From Octopus bimaculoides (taxonomy: Eukaryota): a stretch of 44,132 nucleotides of DNA. Position numbers and translations under genes: made by a program. Where the stretch lies: assembly GCF_001194135.2 (NCBI RefSeq), contig NC_068991.1:8305006-8349137 (forward strand), read 5' to 3'. Shown piece by piece: positions 32,721 through 43,103 of the stretch; within the stretch, counting starts at the first letter, position 1; the number at the start of each line of letters is the position of its first letter. The notes under the pieces were generated by a model that was not told the origin of the DNA, ran no database searches, and saw nothing but the letters and a program-made list of their open reading frames with translations.

Positions 32721-35700
32721 AGTATGTGTGTATATGCTTGTGTATCTGTGTTTGTCCCCCCAACATCGCTTGACAACTGATGCTGGTGTGTTTACGTCCC
32801 CGAGAGTTTGATGATAGGAAGAAATTGGCAGTTGCTTACCAAAAAGCTAAGAGATTTCTTTTATTTTCCTTCTCTTCATGCTTCATAGAATCCACTGAAG
32901 TAAAAGAAATATGTCATCAGAAAAATAAGGATATTAACACAACCTCACATGCATGCATGCACAGAAATATACACATACAGATAAATATACACTTAAAGAA
33001 TGAAAGAGAAGGAAAATATGAGAAACCATGCAGCTCTTCTACAAGAACCTGGTCTGTCCCCCACTCACCCACAATTCTCTCATACTCTCATGTCCCCTAG
33101 CATAAAACTGATCTTCCTCTCTCTCAGGGTTTGTGATTTTGCAAGTTGCATATAGCAACCTCAGTAATGGGGTGGCACAAAAAATGCACCCTGTACTTGT
33201 TGTAATGTGGTTGGTATAAAGAAGGGCATCCAGCCATAGAAACTATGCCAAAGCAGACATTGAAGTATGATGCAGTTCTTGGTCTCAGTGGATCCTGTCA
33301 AATTGTCTGACCCATATCAATAAAGAACATAAGTAAAAAGTAAAGTAAAATTGCCTTCTCGAATCACGCCGACTCACAAGGGCCGTTTTCATGGTTTCCA
33401 TCGTATATAAATTCCCCACCTGAATGGGACGGTGGTCCATCACAGGGCTATTCATTTTTTTTACCAGTTGAGTGAAGTGGATCAACATGAAATGAAGTGT
33501 TTTGCTCAAGAACACAATGCGTTGCCTGGTCCAGGAATTGAAACCACAATCATACGATCATAAGTAACCCATTTAGCTATGCGCCTCCATGCCAGAATAG
33601 AACATCATCATCATCGTCTAACGTCCGCTTTCCATGCTAGCATGGGTTGGACGATTTGACTGAGGACTGGCGAACCAGATGGCTACACCAGGCTCCAATC
33701 TGATTTGGCAGAGTTTCTACAGCTGGATGCCCTTCCTAACACCAACCACTCAGAGAGTGTAGTGGGTGCTTTTACGTGCCACCGGCACGAAGGCCAGTCC
33801 AGCAGTACTGGCAACGGCCATGCTTAAAATGGTGTATTTTATGTGCCACCTGCACAGGAGCCAGTCCAGCGGTACTGGCAATGATCTCGCTCGAATGTCT
33901 TTTCACGTTCCACTGGCACAAGTGCCAGGAAGGCGGTACCCAGTGAGTAATGAAGAGGTTAGTATTAAAATTGTGGCTTACAGGAACACTGTGAATTGTT
34001 TTGCATTGTACCAGAGGAATGTTCAGAAGGAAGCAAGTAGGTAGAATCTTCAGCATTCACTTGATCTAAAAAATAAAGAAGATTAAAAAAAAAAATGGTA
34101 AAAAGTGCATACAACTATTTCTCCTCAAAAAAAAACATGACTGGGAAGGATAGAGGCATTGGTGTTAGGAAGGGCATCCAGCCATAGAAACCATGCCACA
34201 ACAGATAGTTGGAGTCTGGACACCTCCCTGCTAACAGCTCCATGTCAAACTGTTCAACCCATGCCAGCATGGTAAGCGGACTTTAAACAATCATCAATGA
34301 TGATGATGCTTTGACTTTCTATTTAATTGTTAGAGAAAGAACTGCATTTGTCTATTGTGTTTGGCTTGTGAAAGAGCGGAGTCAAAGTAGATTTTTTCTT
34401 AAAAAATCCCCCTTTTATTGGGGAAATCTGACACATCCACTCAAAATTTTGTTGCCCTTAACTGCAGAACACTGTGTTTTAAGATGAGCTCTAAACTGGT
34501 CCCACATCATATTTGTGGGTTTCTTTAATCTTTTAGCATTCAGATTACTTTATCAAATGTAATGCTTATTTATTCACCTTGTTTTGAATTAATCATGTAT
34601 TATCTCATAGCTTTCAGATTTCAATGATGTAATTGCTTATTTTAAGAATAATATTGTAGGATAGGTATGAGTGGCTGGATCTAGTCAGTTTAAATGTAAA
34701 ATAGGCAGAATATTTTAGGCCAGATATGGTCAGTTTAAATGCTGAAGGATTAAAAGTGCTCCAAGACATTTACCCCAGATTTCTCACCCATAAACCAATG
34801 TCATTTCCATCTGTTTAGACTTTAGGCTGGTAGTGTGTACCAACTCCAGAAGGAAATTTTCACTCTTTGGAACTGTTTTTCTTTTAACAATAATCATATG
34901 ATTTAGTTTGGTTCCATCAGCCAAACAAAAAATCGGTATCATGTTTTTTTTTTTGCCTTGTTGCTCTTCCATAGTAATACTATATATTTTATTCAGTGTT
35001 CTGTTCCTTGACATGTCATCGGAAAAACAACAAAAACACAAATATGCATCCCATATATGTCTTGAATTTGACACAGTTCAAAGTCATACTACTTCCTCAG
35101 TTTTATTACAAAGCAATGAAACTGCACAATCATTTCGTCTACATCAGAAGGAAGCTTTTATGAAATATTTGTTTTCTGTCTTACAGATAAAGAATGTCTC
35201 CTGAAGAATCTTTGGCACCATCCATTTGAAAACTTGAAAGATTGACTAATTCCATATTTCTCATCTTTTGACATTTTCTTTGCTTGTAACTTGACATCCG
35301 ATGTTGTTACAATATGTCCATCGTTTCTCTTTTCTTCCACCCATTCAACCAATTCTTTCTCCAGTTCTGGATAGTGAGCTTGCTTCCCCCTTAGACATTG
35401 TTTCTTGCTAGGCATTTTTTCCAATTGGATTTTGTTCTTCCTCCATAACCTGATATTGCTCTCAACAACACCAAATTTCCTACAGGCTGCGCAGTTGTTG
35501 TTCTTTTCGGCAAATTCTACGGCTTTAAGTTTAAATTTCGCACTGTAAGCAATACGCCTGCTTTTCACATCCATACTTTTATTATAATGGTGTTTACCGA
35601 AATTTTTTTCACTATTAGCGTAAGTTTAAACCGTATTTTTATTTTATAATTATAGAAACACTTTTAAACAAATGCATATACACACACCATCAGGGACTCG

Positions 35701-36291
35701 CGTTAATGGAATCAACAATTATTATTGGATATATTTACTCAAGACACAAGCAATAAGAACACATTCATCGTGAGATTCCATGGAGCTACTACATTCAGTA
35801 TATTCGTTTTTAGATTTGTAGCTGCATTTATATTTTACACTCAAGTGTATTGCAACCCCCGAATTTTCATCTTGATGTTTTTTTTCAAATGAAAGTTTTC
35901 GCATTATATACGAGTAAATGTGTGTGTGTGTGTAGAAAAGCTCGGTCGAATGACAAACTTCATAAATATTGAAATAAAAGGATAACTTGAGCTAAATAGT
36001 GGATAATCTTTTCTAATCACGGAAAGTTAACGAAAAGGTGTTGAAAATCACCGCAAAATATAAAATAACAAAAAGGTAAAAAAATAACGGAAACCATACA
36101 ATAACAACTAGAATTCATGTGACAGTTTAACGCTTTAAACAGTGTCAAGAAAGTAACTTATTTAAAGTTTTCCAGTTGGGTAAGTCTCACTCGAATCCTT
36201 CAAACTTATATAACTTACCGTCCATATCTTCTTCAGTGGACAACTGTGAAAAACTGACAGAAGTACTTTTACGGTTTTTTATGTTATCCAT
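19174..36291 (-). CDS. CLN3: Battenin / CLN3 lysosomal membrane protein, 15 coding exons, 438 aa
   Basis: Exons 36291-36219, 32894-32840, 31984-31870, 30545-30474, 30106-30027, 29338-29253, 28377-28305, 26496-26353, 25433-25357, 24212-24160, 22365-22297, 22043-21988, 21121-21028, 19748-19608, 19302-19174 total 1317 nt, open to TAA. Motifs [78 protein letters not shown]. Confidence 0.96.
19608..19748 (-). CDS. CLN3: CLN3 exon 14 (MGILAILQ...[19 protein letters not shown])
   Basis: EGxxGGxAYVNT motif. Confidence 0.95.
19839..20050. mobile_element. Mariner-type MITE (AGGGGGTGCTGAAAAGTTCCTGG TIR)
   Basis: Terminal inverted repeats at both ends; partial copies at ~3290-3390, 20360-20410 and 31447-31630. 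Confidence 0.75.
20410..20729 (-). mobile_element. tRNA-derived SINE, family D, full-length
   Basis: Minus-strand head GGAGGCGCAATGGCCCAGTGGTTAGGGC...GGTTTCGATTCC carries Pol III A/B-box-like motifs. Confidence 0.85.
21028..21121 (-). CDS. CLN3: CLN3 exon 13 ([31 protein letters not shown])
   Basis: YQxGVFxxRSS motif. Confidence 0.96.
21369..21795 (+). repeat. SINE family A with internal ~105-bp tandem triplication
   Basis: Units start at 21369, 21475 and 21580; SINE 3' end and (GAT)n tail follow. Confidence 0.88.
21988..22043 (-). CDS. CLN3: CLN3 exon 12 ([19 protein letters not shown])
   Basis: FELL...QYRW motif; gtgagc donor. Confidence 0.95.
22122..22253. mobile_element. Truncated family D SINE with an inverted 5' head (fold-back)
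   Basis: 19-bp perfect inverted ends GGAGGCGCAATGGCCCAGT / ACTGGGCCATTGCGCCTCC. Confidence 0.85.
22297..22365 (-). CDS. CLN3: CLN3 exon 11 ([23 protein letters not shown])
   Basis: AEYxINQ motif. Confidence 0.95.
22950..23230 (-). pseudogene. Tc1/mariner transposase C-terminal remnant with right TIR
   Basis: Minus strand reads [16 protein letters not shown]; TA-TAGGGTGTTC terminus near 22950. Confidence 0.6.
24160..24212 (-). CDS. CLN3: CLN3 exon 10 ([18 protein letters not shown])
   Basis: ctttctgtttccag acceptor; phase 1 in, 0 out. Confidence 0.87.
24756..24915 (-). mobile_element. tRNA-derived SINE, family B (GCAGGAGTGGCTGTGTGGTAAG...GGTTCAGTCCCACTG)
   Basis: A/B-box-like head. Other copies at ~285-420, 7300-7480, 11550-11670, 14560-14722, 32427-32512, 39895-40060 (+) and 7050-7180, 10370-10500, 26895-27050, 43105-43250 (-). 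Confidence 0.85.
25141..25329. mobile_element. pogo/Tigger-type MITE in CLN3 intron 9
   Basis: 20-bp termini TACCGTATCTGATGGCATAT / ATATGCCATCATATACAGTA (18/20 complementary), TA ends. Confidence 0.75.
25357..25433 (-). CDS. CLN3: CLN3 exon 9 ([26 protein letters not shown])
   Basis: SYFVLL resembles human SYFLLL; tgtttccag acceptor, gtaagt donor. Confidence 0.9.
26353..26496 (-). CDS. CLN3: CLN3 exon 8 ([14 protein letters not shown]...IPAIFAF)
   Basis: WSSGTGGAG motif, 144 nt. Confidence 0.96.
27195..27524. mobile_element. hAT-type MITE
   Basis: CAGTGGTTCTCAAC ... GGTTGAAGACCCCTG termini; flanks both end in AGAC. Confidence 0.65.
28305..28377 (-). CDS. CLN3: CLN3 exon 7 ([24 protein letters not shown])
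   Basis: [12 protein letters not shown] motif, 73 nt. Confidence 0.96.
29253..29338 (-). CDS. CLN3: CLN3 exon 6 ([28 protein letters not shown])
   Basis: Hydrophobic TM segment; phases 2/1 fit its neighbours. Confidence 0.9.
30027..30106 (-). CDS. CLN3: CLN3 exon 5 ([26 protein letters not shown])
   Basis: LLADILP motif; canonical splice sites. Confidence 0.96.
30474..30545 (-). CDS. CLN3: CLN3 exon 4 ([24 protein letters not shown])
   Basis: CNxxGT motif, N-glycosylation sequon NTT, gtaagt donor. The in-frame acceptor is AAG, so the 5' edge is uncertain. Confidence 0.82.
31870..31984 (-). CDS. CLN3: CLN3 exon 3 ([21 protein letters not shown]...QNN)
   Basis: Signature CLN3 N-terminal motif; gttagt donor. 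Confidence 0.95.
32174..32405. mobile_element. Mariner-type MITE
   Basis: TATTAGGTTGTCCGGAAAGTTT ... AAACTTTCCGGACAACCCAATA termini. Confidence 0.8.
32840..32894 (-). CDS. CLN3: CLN3 exon 2 ([19 protein letters not shown])
   Basis: tttacttcag acceptor, TG|gtaagc donor; RNLLAFW resembles human KNAVGFW. Confidence 0.9.
33603..33925 (-). mobile_element. SINE family A copy in CLN3 intron 1
   Basis: Reverse complement closely matches 1858-2143. Confidence 0.85.
34525..34752. mobile_element. TTAA-flanked (piggyBac-like) MITE
   Basis: TTAA..TTTAGCATT ... AATGCTGAAGGA TTAA termini; related copies at ~22537-22715 and 31045-31255. Confidence 0.6.
34790..35920 (-). mobile_element. Decayed pogo-family DNA transposon (Brinker-like HTH + CENP-B HTH + broken DDE_1)
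   Basis: ORF 35574-35158 ([36 protein letters not shown]) stops at TAA in S*KLP; downstream MSRNRTLNK and CLADGTKL remnants; partial TIR cgcattatatacgagtaaat near 35900. Confidence 0.88.
36219..36291 (-). CDS. CLN3: CLN3 exon 1 ([24 protein letters not shown])
   Basis: ATG at 36291, G|gtaagt phase-1 donor matching exon 2. Confidence 0.8.
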
Positions 36292-36733
36292 TTTCTCCAC
36301 AAAATGTTTTGTTGATGAAATAAAAACAGTGATAAAGAATATATTCCTCGCTTATGAACGGAACAAAATTTTAGGGAAAGTTAAAAAAAAAAAATTTTGG
36401 CGTGAAGAAAAGAAGTCCAGTATAACGGGCAGACCTTTCGGTGGAGAGAGTCATTTAATAAATTTTAACAATTAATATATAAATATATAAAGTTGTCGCT
36501 GTTCAGTCGGTCCAGGTCATCTTTGATCGATCGAACCTATGATCAAAATATACCAGCCATGGCCATACAGTCTTTGCAAGGGTATGTATGACTACCATAA
36601 CTAATGTGTTCTTTTCTTAAGACACTCGGGTCGGTTTGTGGAAGATTTTGCTGTTATAATCACCGAATGGAGCTACCTCTACAAGGTTCACTTGGTTAAT
36701 GTTGTGATTTAAAGATCTTTAAATAACTTCGTT

Positions 36734-36746
36734 ATCACGTGATTGG
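36734..36746. promoter_or_regulatory. Palindromic E-box ATCACGTGAT (CLEAR/MiT-TFE/USF-like) overlapping a CCAAT box, upstream of CLN3
   Basis: TCACGTGA 36735-36742 and ATTGG 36742-36746, about 445 bp upstream of the CLN3 ATG. Confidence 0.55.
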
Positions 36747-37472
36747 TGAGTGCTCTCCCTTGCTGTATAGTATTCGCTTAAGGGAGAGCACTCGCACGTT
36801 GTGTAATATTTGCATTGCAGACGCAAGACCAGAAGTTTAATGGAGCAAGGGACTTGTTGATTAAATCGGCTTCGGTGCTCACCCGGCACTTATTTTATCG
36901 GTTCCGAAAAGACGAAGGACAAAGTCGGAGGAATCTGAACTCAGAATGTTAAGTCGGAAGAAATGTCATTAAGCATTCTGTCCGGCTTTCTAACGATTCT
37001 GCTAGGGCATACCTACACAATTGTGCCCAGTCTCCGAACTTGTGAATGAAATTTTCTACAAATACCTTTTGAGTGGTGTATATTCAAGTTATATGTGAAT
37101 TTGTTGTAAGAAAATTTTTCGATCAGAGTGAAAAGGAGTTTCAGATAAAGATTGGTGGGCGCGCCCAAATACATACTGAAACATCACAATTTTTTTTCGA
37201 AATTTCAAGTTTCATATTGTAGACATATACGTGATGTGTCCGCCAATTTCTTTGTTTTTTTTTTTTCTAGATTAAATTCCGACATAATCTGAAAAGTATT
37301 GAAAAGTTTTGAAAATTCCATTAAAAGACACTAATTTTACTTAAAATGACAAGGAAACAAACGGAGGGGGCACATTTGTATAGATATGCCGAATATCGTA
37401 ATATTAATGGATACCAGACCTTTGGAAGCTTGATTTAAGTAATGAGTTGTAAATATGGACTAAGCATCGCAT

Positions 37473-37783
37473 AATAAGCAACAAGGATATCCAAAGTTAA
37501 TGCAGTACGATTGTTTCATGCGACTCCATTTATTTAAGCAATGTAAACATTACATCAAATGTAAAATGCAGAGTAATCCTCAGCTGCACAAAGATATAGA
37601 AATTTATTGAAATTTCCTTTCAACAGGACATATTTTTGTAACTACATTTAAACTCTCCAGGTAGAAAGGAAAAATACAAAAAACCATTTTGACTAAGCCA
37701 GACCATACAGGCTAGTAATTAATTCTAAGCAGATTCTTAAATAAATAGAGTCGCATTAACTTTGGATATCCTTGTTGCTTATT
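37473..37783. mobile_element. Unclassified MITE/fold-back element with 31-bp perfect inverted repeats
   Basis: AATAAGCAACAAGGATATCCAAAGTTAATGC at 37473-37503; its exact reverse complement at 37753-37783. Confidence 0.75.
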
Positions 37784-40250
37784 TTGATTTTATATATATA
37801 TGTCTATATATATACATATATATCAGATTGGAGCCTGGTGCAGTCTCTTGGCTTGCCAGTCCTCAGTCAAGCCGTCCAACCCATGCCAGCTTGGAAAGCA
37901 GACGTTAAATGATGATGATCATCATCATGATAAATATATATCATTGTATTGACATGACTATTAGATGTTGTTATACATCTCTGGTCACAATGCACTTCCT
38001 CATTTGTTGTAGCTTCTGAATGATGCCACTCCACTTGCAAAGCATGCAGGCCAACACTCTCCTTGAGTGAAACACCAGTCCATCATCGGGTTACCCATTT
38101 ACACATGCACTCACGCACGCACACACACACACAAAGTAGGGGACTTTGAAGGAAAGAGAAAGAAAAGAAATCAATCCTAAAATTAAACACTGAAACTGTA
38201 ATAAACACGGAAGCCGTAATAAAGTTTACGGCCAGCTTCTTCACTTACTTTGCTAATGAGTGAGTCTCTACAACAGAGGCAGGCAACAAATAAGCCACCG
38301 AGGCCGTCTCTGTGAACCTAAGACTTTTCCTAAAATATTTTCAAATTCAATCTATTTGCAATTCATTAAGTAGGTGATAACTTTTTCATAGTCATACGTG
38401 TCATGAATTGTTCAATTTGTGTTTATGTAAGCATAGCCAAAGGAGGAATGAGGTGAGGGTATTCTGGAGTATTTTTATATATAATTATGATAGAATACAC
38501 ATGTGAGCCATGGTCACATGTGAAAAAAAAAATCACAAAAAGAAGTTCATGATAGCTGCCTTACAGTATAGAGTAGTGGTTCTCAACCATTTTTTAATCT
38601 ACTCTTTTACGTGTTTCAGTCATTTAACTGCGGCCATGCTGGAGCACTACCTTTAGTCGAGCAAATTGACCCAAGAACTTATTCTTTGTAAGCCTAGTAC
38701 TTATTCTATCAGTCTCTTTTGCTGAACCGCTTTGATAAATATTTTATTCTAGTCTACAGAACAAATTTTTGTAAACAGATTCTCCTTAAAACCCCACCTT
38801 TCTTCATAACTGATATTGTGTCTAGTAAAATGTAACCCTGTGACATATTCCAAAGGAACTGGTATGGGATCTTTAGGAATCAGGTGCTGAGAAATTAGAA
38901 TTGGATTGTATACAAACATACACCGAAGAACTAACATGCTTAGAGAAAGAAGGAGAGAGAGAGAGCATGGAAGATTTTCTGGCCCACTTAGTAACAAATT
39001 AGATAAATAAGAAAGTAGTAGACAACTGAACGAAACTAGAAACCGACATATTAACTTTCAGGTTTACAGAAATACAGTCAAATGTTCTGAAATGAGAGTA
39101 ATTATGTGAGTTATATAAACTACGGTGGAAGTAAGAAAACACAGCAGAAAGCTAGAAAAATGTTAAAATACCATTGAGATCTTGTGCAACAATTTCTTTA
39201 AGTAATAACCCTTAATATATTATTTCGCAACATGTTAGGTTGTTAACCTTCATTAATACATGTACTTATCACTAAACACATGACCAAAGGTTGACTTTAA
39301 AAAAATAGATAAAAGCTACACCTATATGTGTGTGTTTGTGTGTGTGTATGTAGGTTTATATATATATATATTTATTTATTTATTTATTTATGTGTTTCAG
39401 CCAAGTTGCTGCGGTCATGCTGGTGCACCATATATATATATATATATATATNNNNNNNNNNNNNNNNNNNNNNNNNNNNNNNNNNNNNNNNNNNNNNNNN
39501 NNNNNNNNNNNNNNNNNNNNNNNNNNNNNNNNNNNNNNNNNNNNNNNNNNNNNNNNNNNNNNNNNNNNNNNNNNNNNNNNNNNNNNNNNNNNNNNNNNNN
39601 NNNNNNNNNNNNNNNNNNNNNNNNNNNNNNNNNNNNNNNNNNNNNNNNNNNNNNNNNNNNNNNNNNNNNNNNNNNNNNNNNNNNNNNNNNNNNNNNNNNN
39701 NNNNNNNNNNNNNNNNNNNNNNNNNNNNNNNNNNNNNNNNNNNNNNNNNNNNNNNNNNNNNNNNNNNNNNNNNNNNNNNNNNNNNNNNNNNNNNNNNNNN
39801 NNNNNNNNNNNNNNNNNNNNNNNNNNNNNNNNNNNNNNNNNNNNNNNNNNNNNNNNNNNNNNNNNNNNNNNNNNNNNNNNNNNNTATATATATTTAGGTG
39901 CAGAAGTGGCTGTGTGGTTAGAAGCTTGCTCTCTAACTATATGGTTCTGGGTTCAGTCCCACTGCATGGCACCTTGGGCATGTGTCTTCCACTATAGCCT
40001 TAGGCTAATCAAAGCTTTGTGAGTGGATTTGGTAGATGGTAACTGAAAGAAGCCTGCCGTATATTTATATATACACATATACAATATATATGAATAAGTG
40101 CTAGGCTTACACTGGCATGTGAAAAATTAGATAAATAAGAAGGTAGTAGACAACTCAACGAAACTAGAAAAGTGACATACTAGCTTTCAGGTTTACACAA
40201 ATAATTTGGCAGATGCTGGATTAAACATAATTTGGAGAAATCTGTTAACT

Positions 40251-40521
40251 TAGTGATTCCCAAAGTGGGTGGTTATTGCCCCACTGGGGGCAGTGGAAAG
40301 TTTCTAAGGGGTGTTGAAGAAAAGCGATAATGGGGTAGTGATTCATGTAAAAACAACAAAATAATGGGTTCATTAGGTTAAGTTTTATTTGTGGAATACA
40401 GTTGCTTTGAATTTGCTTCAGAAAAAGGTCTATGTTTGTGATGGTTACTCGGGGTGGGGACGCTAGGAATGTGGCCTGAGTATCAAGGAGACGGCAGCCT
40501 GATAAAGTTTGGGAACCACTG
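40251..40521. mobile_element. hAT (Charlie-type) MITE
   Basis: TAGTGATTCCCAAA ... TTTGGGAACCACTG termini; 8-bp flanks tgttaact / ttttaact (7/8). Confidence 0.8.
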
Positions 40522-41544
40522 TTTTAACTATATGTCTGTAGAGAGTAGTGTCATGAAGTGTATGAGAGAGAAAGAAAAGCAGGAATGGTTCATCACAGTG
40601 AATTAAGATTAGTTTTCTGTAACTGAAATCATGCAAAAATAATCTATAATGATTAAGCAGAAACCAAGTACTTGAGTAGTTTTTCAGTATGGAGCATTAT
40701 TTTTTTCAACTGTTGATTTTGATTAATCCATACAACTTACGTTTTTGTATGGAATTTTCACTGCCCCTGAATAAACTTAATATTGAACAGCAAGAAAAAA
40801 TATATCTCTATGTATGTATATATGTCCATGTATACAATTAATCAAAGGACATACTAAGTGTGTCTAAGCCAAAACACTTATTTAAATTATTTTGACTGTT
40901 ACTTCTAGCAGGCAGACATACTTAGTAAGTATATCCTTTGATTAATTTTATTCCTTCAGCTATGCCTTTTGGGCCTGTAATTGCCTATATTATTGATTCT
41001 GTTCTTATCATTTTTAATTGTTACACTAGATAATAATAGAATCAATATCTTTGCAAATATTTTCTCCTGAATTATTTGCTCCATATTGAAATTATGTCCT
41101 TGTATATGTATACACACAAACACCTTCTAATTTCTTTCTCTTAGCAGTTACAACTGCGAAAGCTGATTATGTCATTTTATCTAAACTGGAATGTATATTT
41201 TCCACATTCGTATTTGAATTTTTTGTATTTCAATAATTTTTCATTGCTTTTATTCATTCTCAAATTTGATGGACATAAAGCGGCAAGCAAGCTCAACAAG
41301 AAATCTCTAGTGAGACTTTTTTTTATTGATGTACCACCAAAGAGATCCAGAATGATGGGTCCAAACATGTTTTGCACTTAATAAAAGTCTAACACACATT
41401 CCATCTCCTACTTTATTAATACTATATATATATATATTTATTTTTATTACTTTTCGCTACTTAACATCCTAGGTTAATATCCTAAATTAACATTATTTAC
41501 TTTACTTTACTATATAACGGTTTTCTTAACCGATATTTAACGAT

Positions 41545-42802
41545 CTACCTATTTAATGACCACTCGGAGTTATGACGAAATTTTACGAGCCGTCATTACA
41601 TATTTTACAAAACTTAAAAACTTTGACTGCCGTATTGTGCGCTGTACGAGAACTACTGTTGTGATGGCAGCGCATCCCGAGCGCCCAGCCTCACCCTCCG
41701 ACACGCTCGCTCTCTCACTCTGCCGCCTGTGGTCAGCCAGGCAACACAGTGACGCTCTCTGTACCTACATTACTATTTCGTCTCTTTTTTCCATTATCTC
41801 TTGCACCCCATACTACAAGATGCCTCCAAAGAGGAAGGATACATCTTCACCTGCAGCAGGAAGCGCCAAGAAACAACGAAGGCGGGAAAAAGGTGAGAGC
41901 TATCGCAGACGATACGGGTCTGGCACATTCTACCATTTTGAAGGACAAAGTTAAAGTGAAGGAGGCAGCCAGAAGTTCGACAGGCGTTAAAGCATGCATC
42001 ACAAGACATCGGAAAGGTCTCATTCATTCACGAGATGGAAAAGTTGCTGGCAACCTGGATTGACGATCAGATTAAAAAAAGAATTCCGATGAGCCTTCTC
42101 ACTATCCAAGCAAAGGCACGCAGTATTTTCACCACACTGAAGGAGCAACAGGTAGAAGAATCAACTGAGACATTTACGGCAAACTATGGTTGGTTTCAAC
42201 GATTTCGTTCGAGATTTAATCTGCATAAATCGTAGCATCAGCGAGTGCGGATGTGGAAGGAGCAGAGAAGTTCGTTCAAGATTTCGACAAAATGATCGTC
42301 GATAGTGGCTATCATCCAGAACAAATATTTAACATGGATGAAACTGGGCTGTGGTGGAAGAAAATACCTGAGAGATCATACATCCGCTAGGAAGCAAAAA
42401 CTATGCCTGGTTTTAAAGCTTTCAAGGGCAGAGTAACATTGTTGTTAGGTGGAAATGTCGCTGGATTTAAGTTTATTAGGCATCTTATGTACTGGGCCTG
42501 GAATCACAAACATACTTACGATGTCTTAGCTACAATAATACAGTATCCACATCCTAACTTTTAAGGTTTTCCTTGTGATAATCTTACTGTTACTTATTCA
42601 TTTTTCAACAATTTATGTTAGTGATTCTTGGCCCTGTACTGCATATACTTTATACAGTACGGTATTCTGTTTTTATATGTACATACAGTACACTATACCG
42701 ATAAAAAAAATACATACCCTATGAATATTCGTTTAACGACGAATTTGCGTAACGACAGGGCTGTTGGAACGTAACTCAGTCGTTAAATGAGGACAGTCTG
42801 TA
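41545..42802 (+). mobile_element. Decayed Tigger (TIGD1-like) transposon with internal deletion
   Basis: MPPKRK start at 41820; MEKLLATWIDDQ..QAKARSIF..GWFQRFR; QIFNMDETGLWWKK..KGRVTLLLGGNVAG with frameshifts and a stop; right end GTCGTTAAATGAGGACAGTCTG-TA. Confidence 0.9.
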
Positions 42803-43043
42803 ATCAAATTGAACCCTGAAGAGATACAATATCCCATTTTTTATCACAGACAAGAGTGAGTCGAGATATTGCATCAACATATACATAGGTCATTAAACAA
42901 GTTTTTACGATGGATCGTGTTATAGCTCTTATTTAAATTGATATGTGCACAAAATTGTATGATTAACAACTTTTCATATGAGAACTTTGCTACTTTGATA
43001 ACAGGTACAATATTTTTACCAAATATTTGGTAGAGATCTAAAA

Positions 43044-43103
<60 letters not shown>

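Noticed and set aside
40909-40960. Plus-strand micro-exon followed by a 35-nt gtaagt...cag intron
   Set aside because: The intron is implausibly short and no coherent plus-strand gene could be built.
41556-42235. ORFs of 132, 104 and 66 aa as a host gene
   Set aside because: They are frameshifted pieces of one Tigger transposase.
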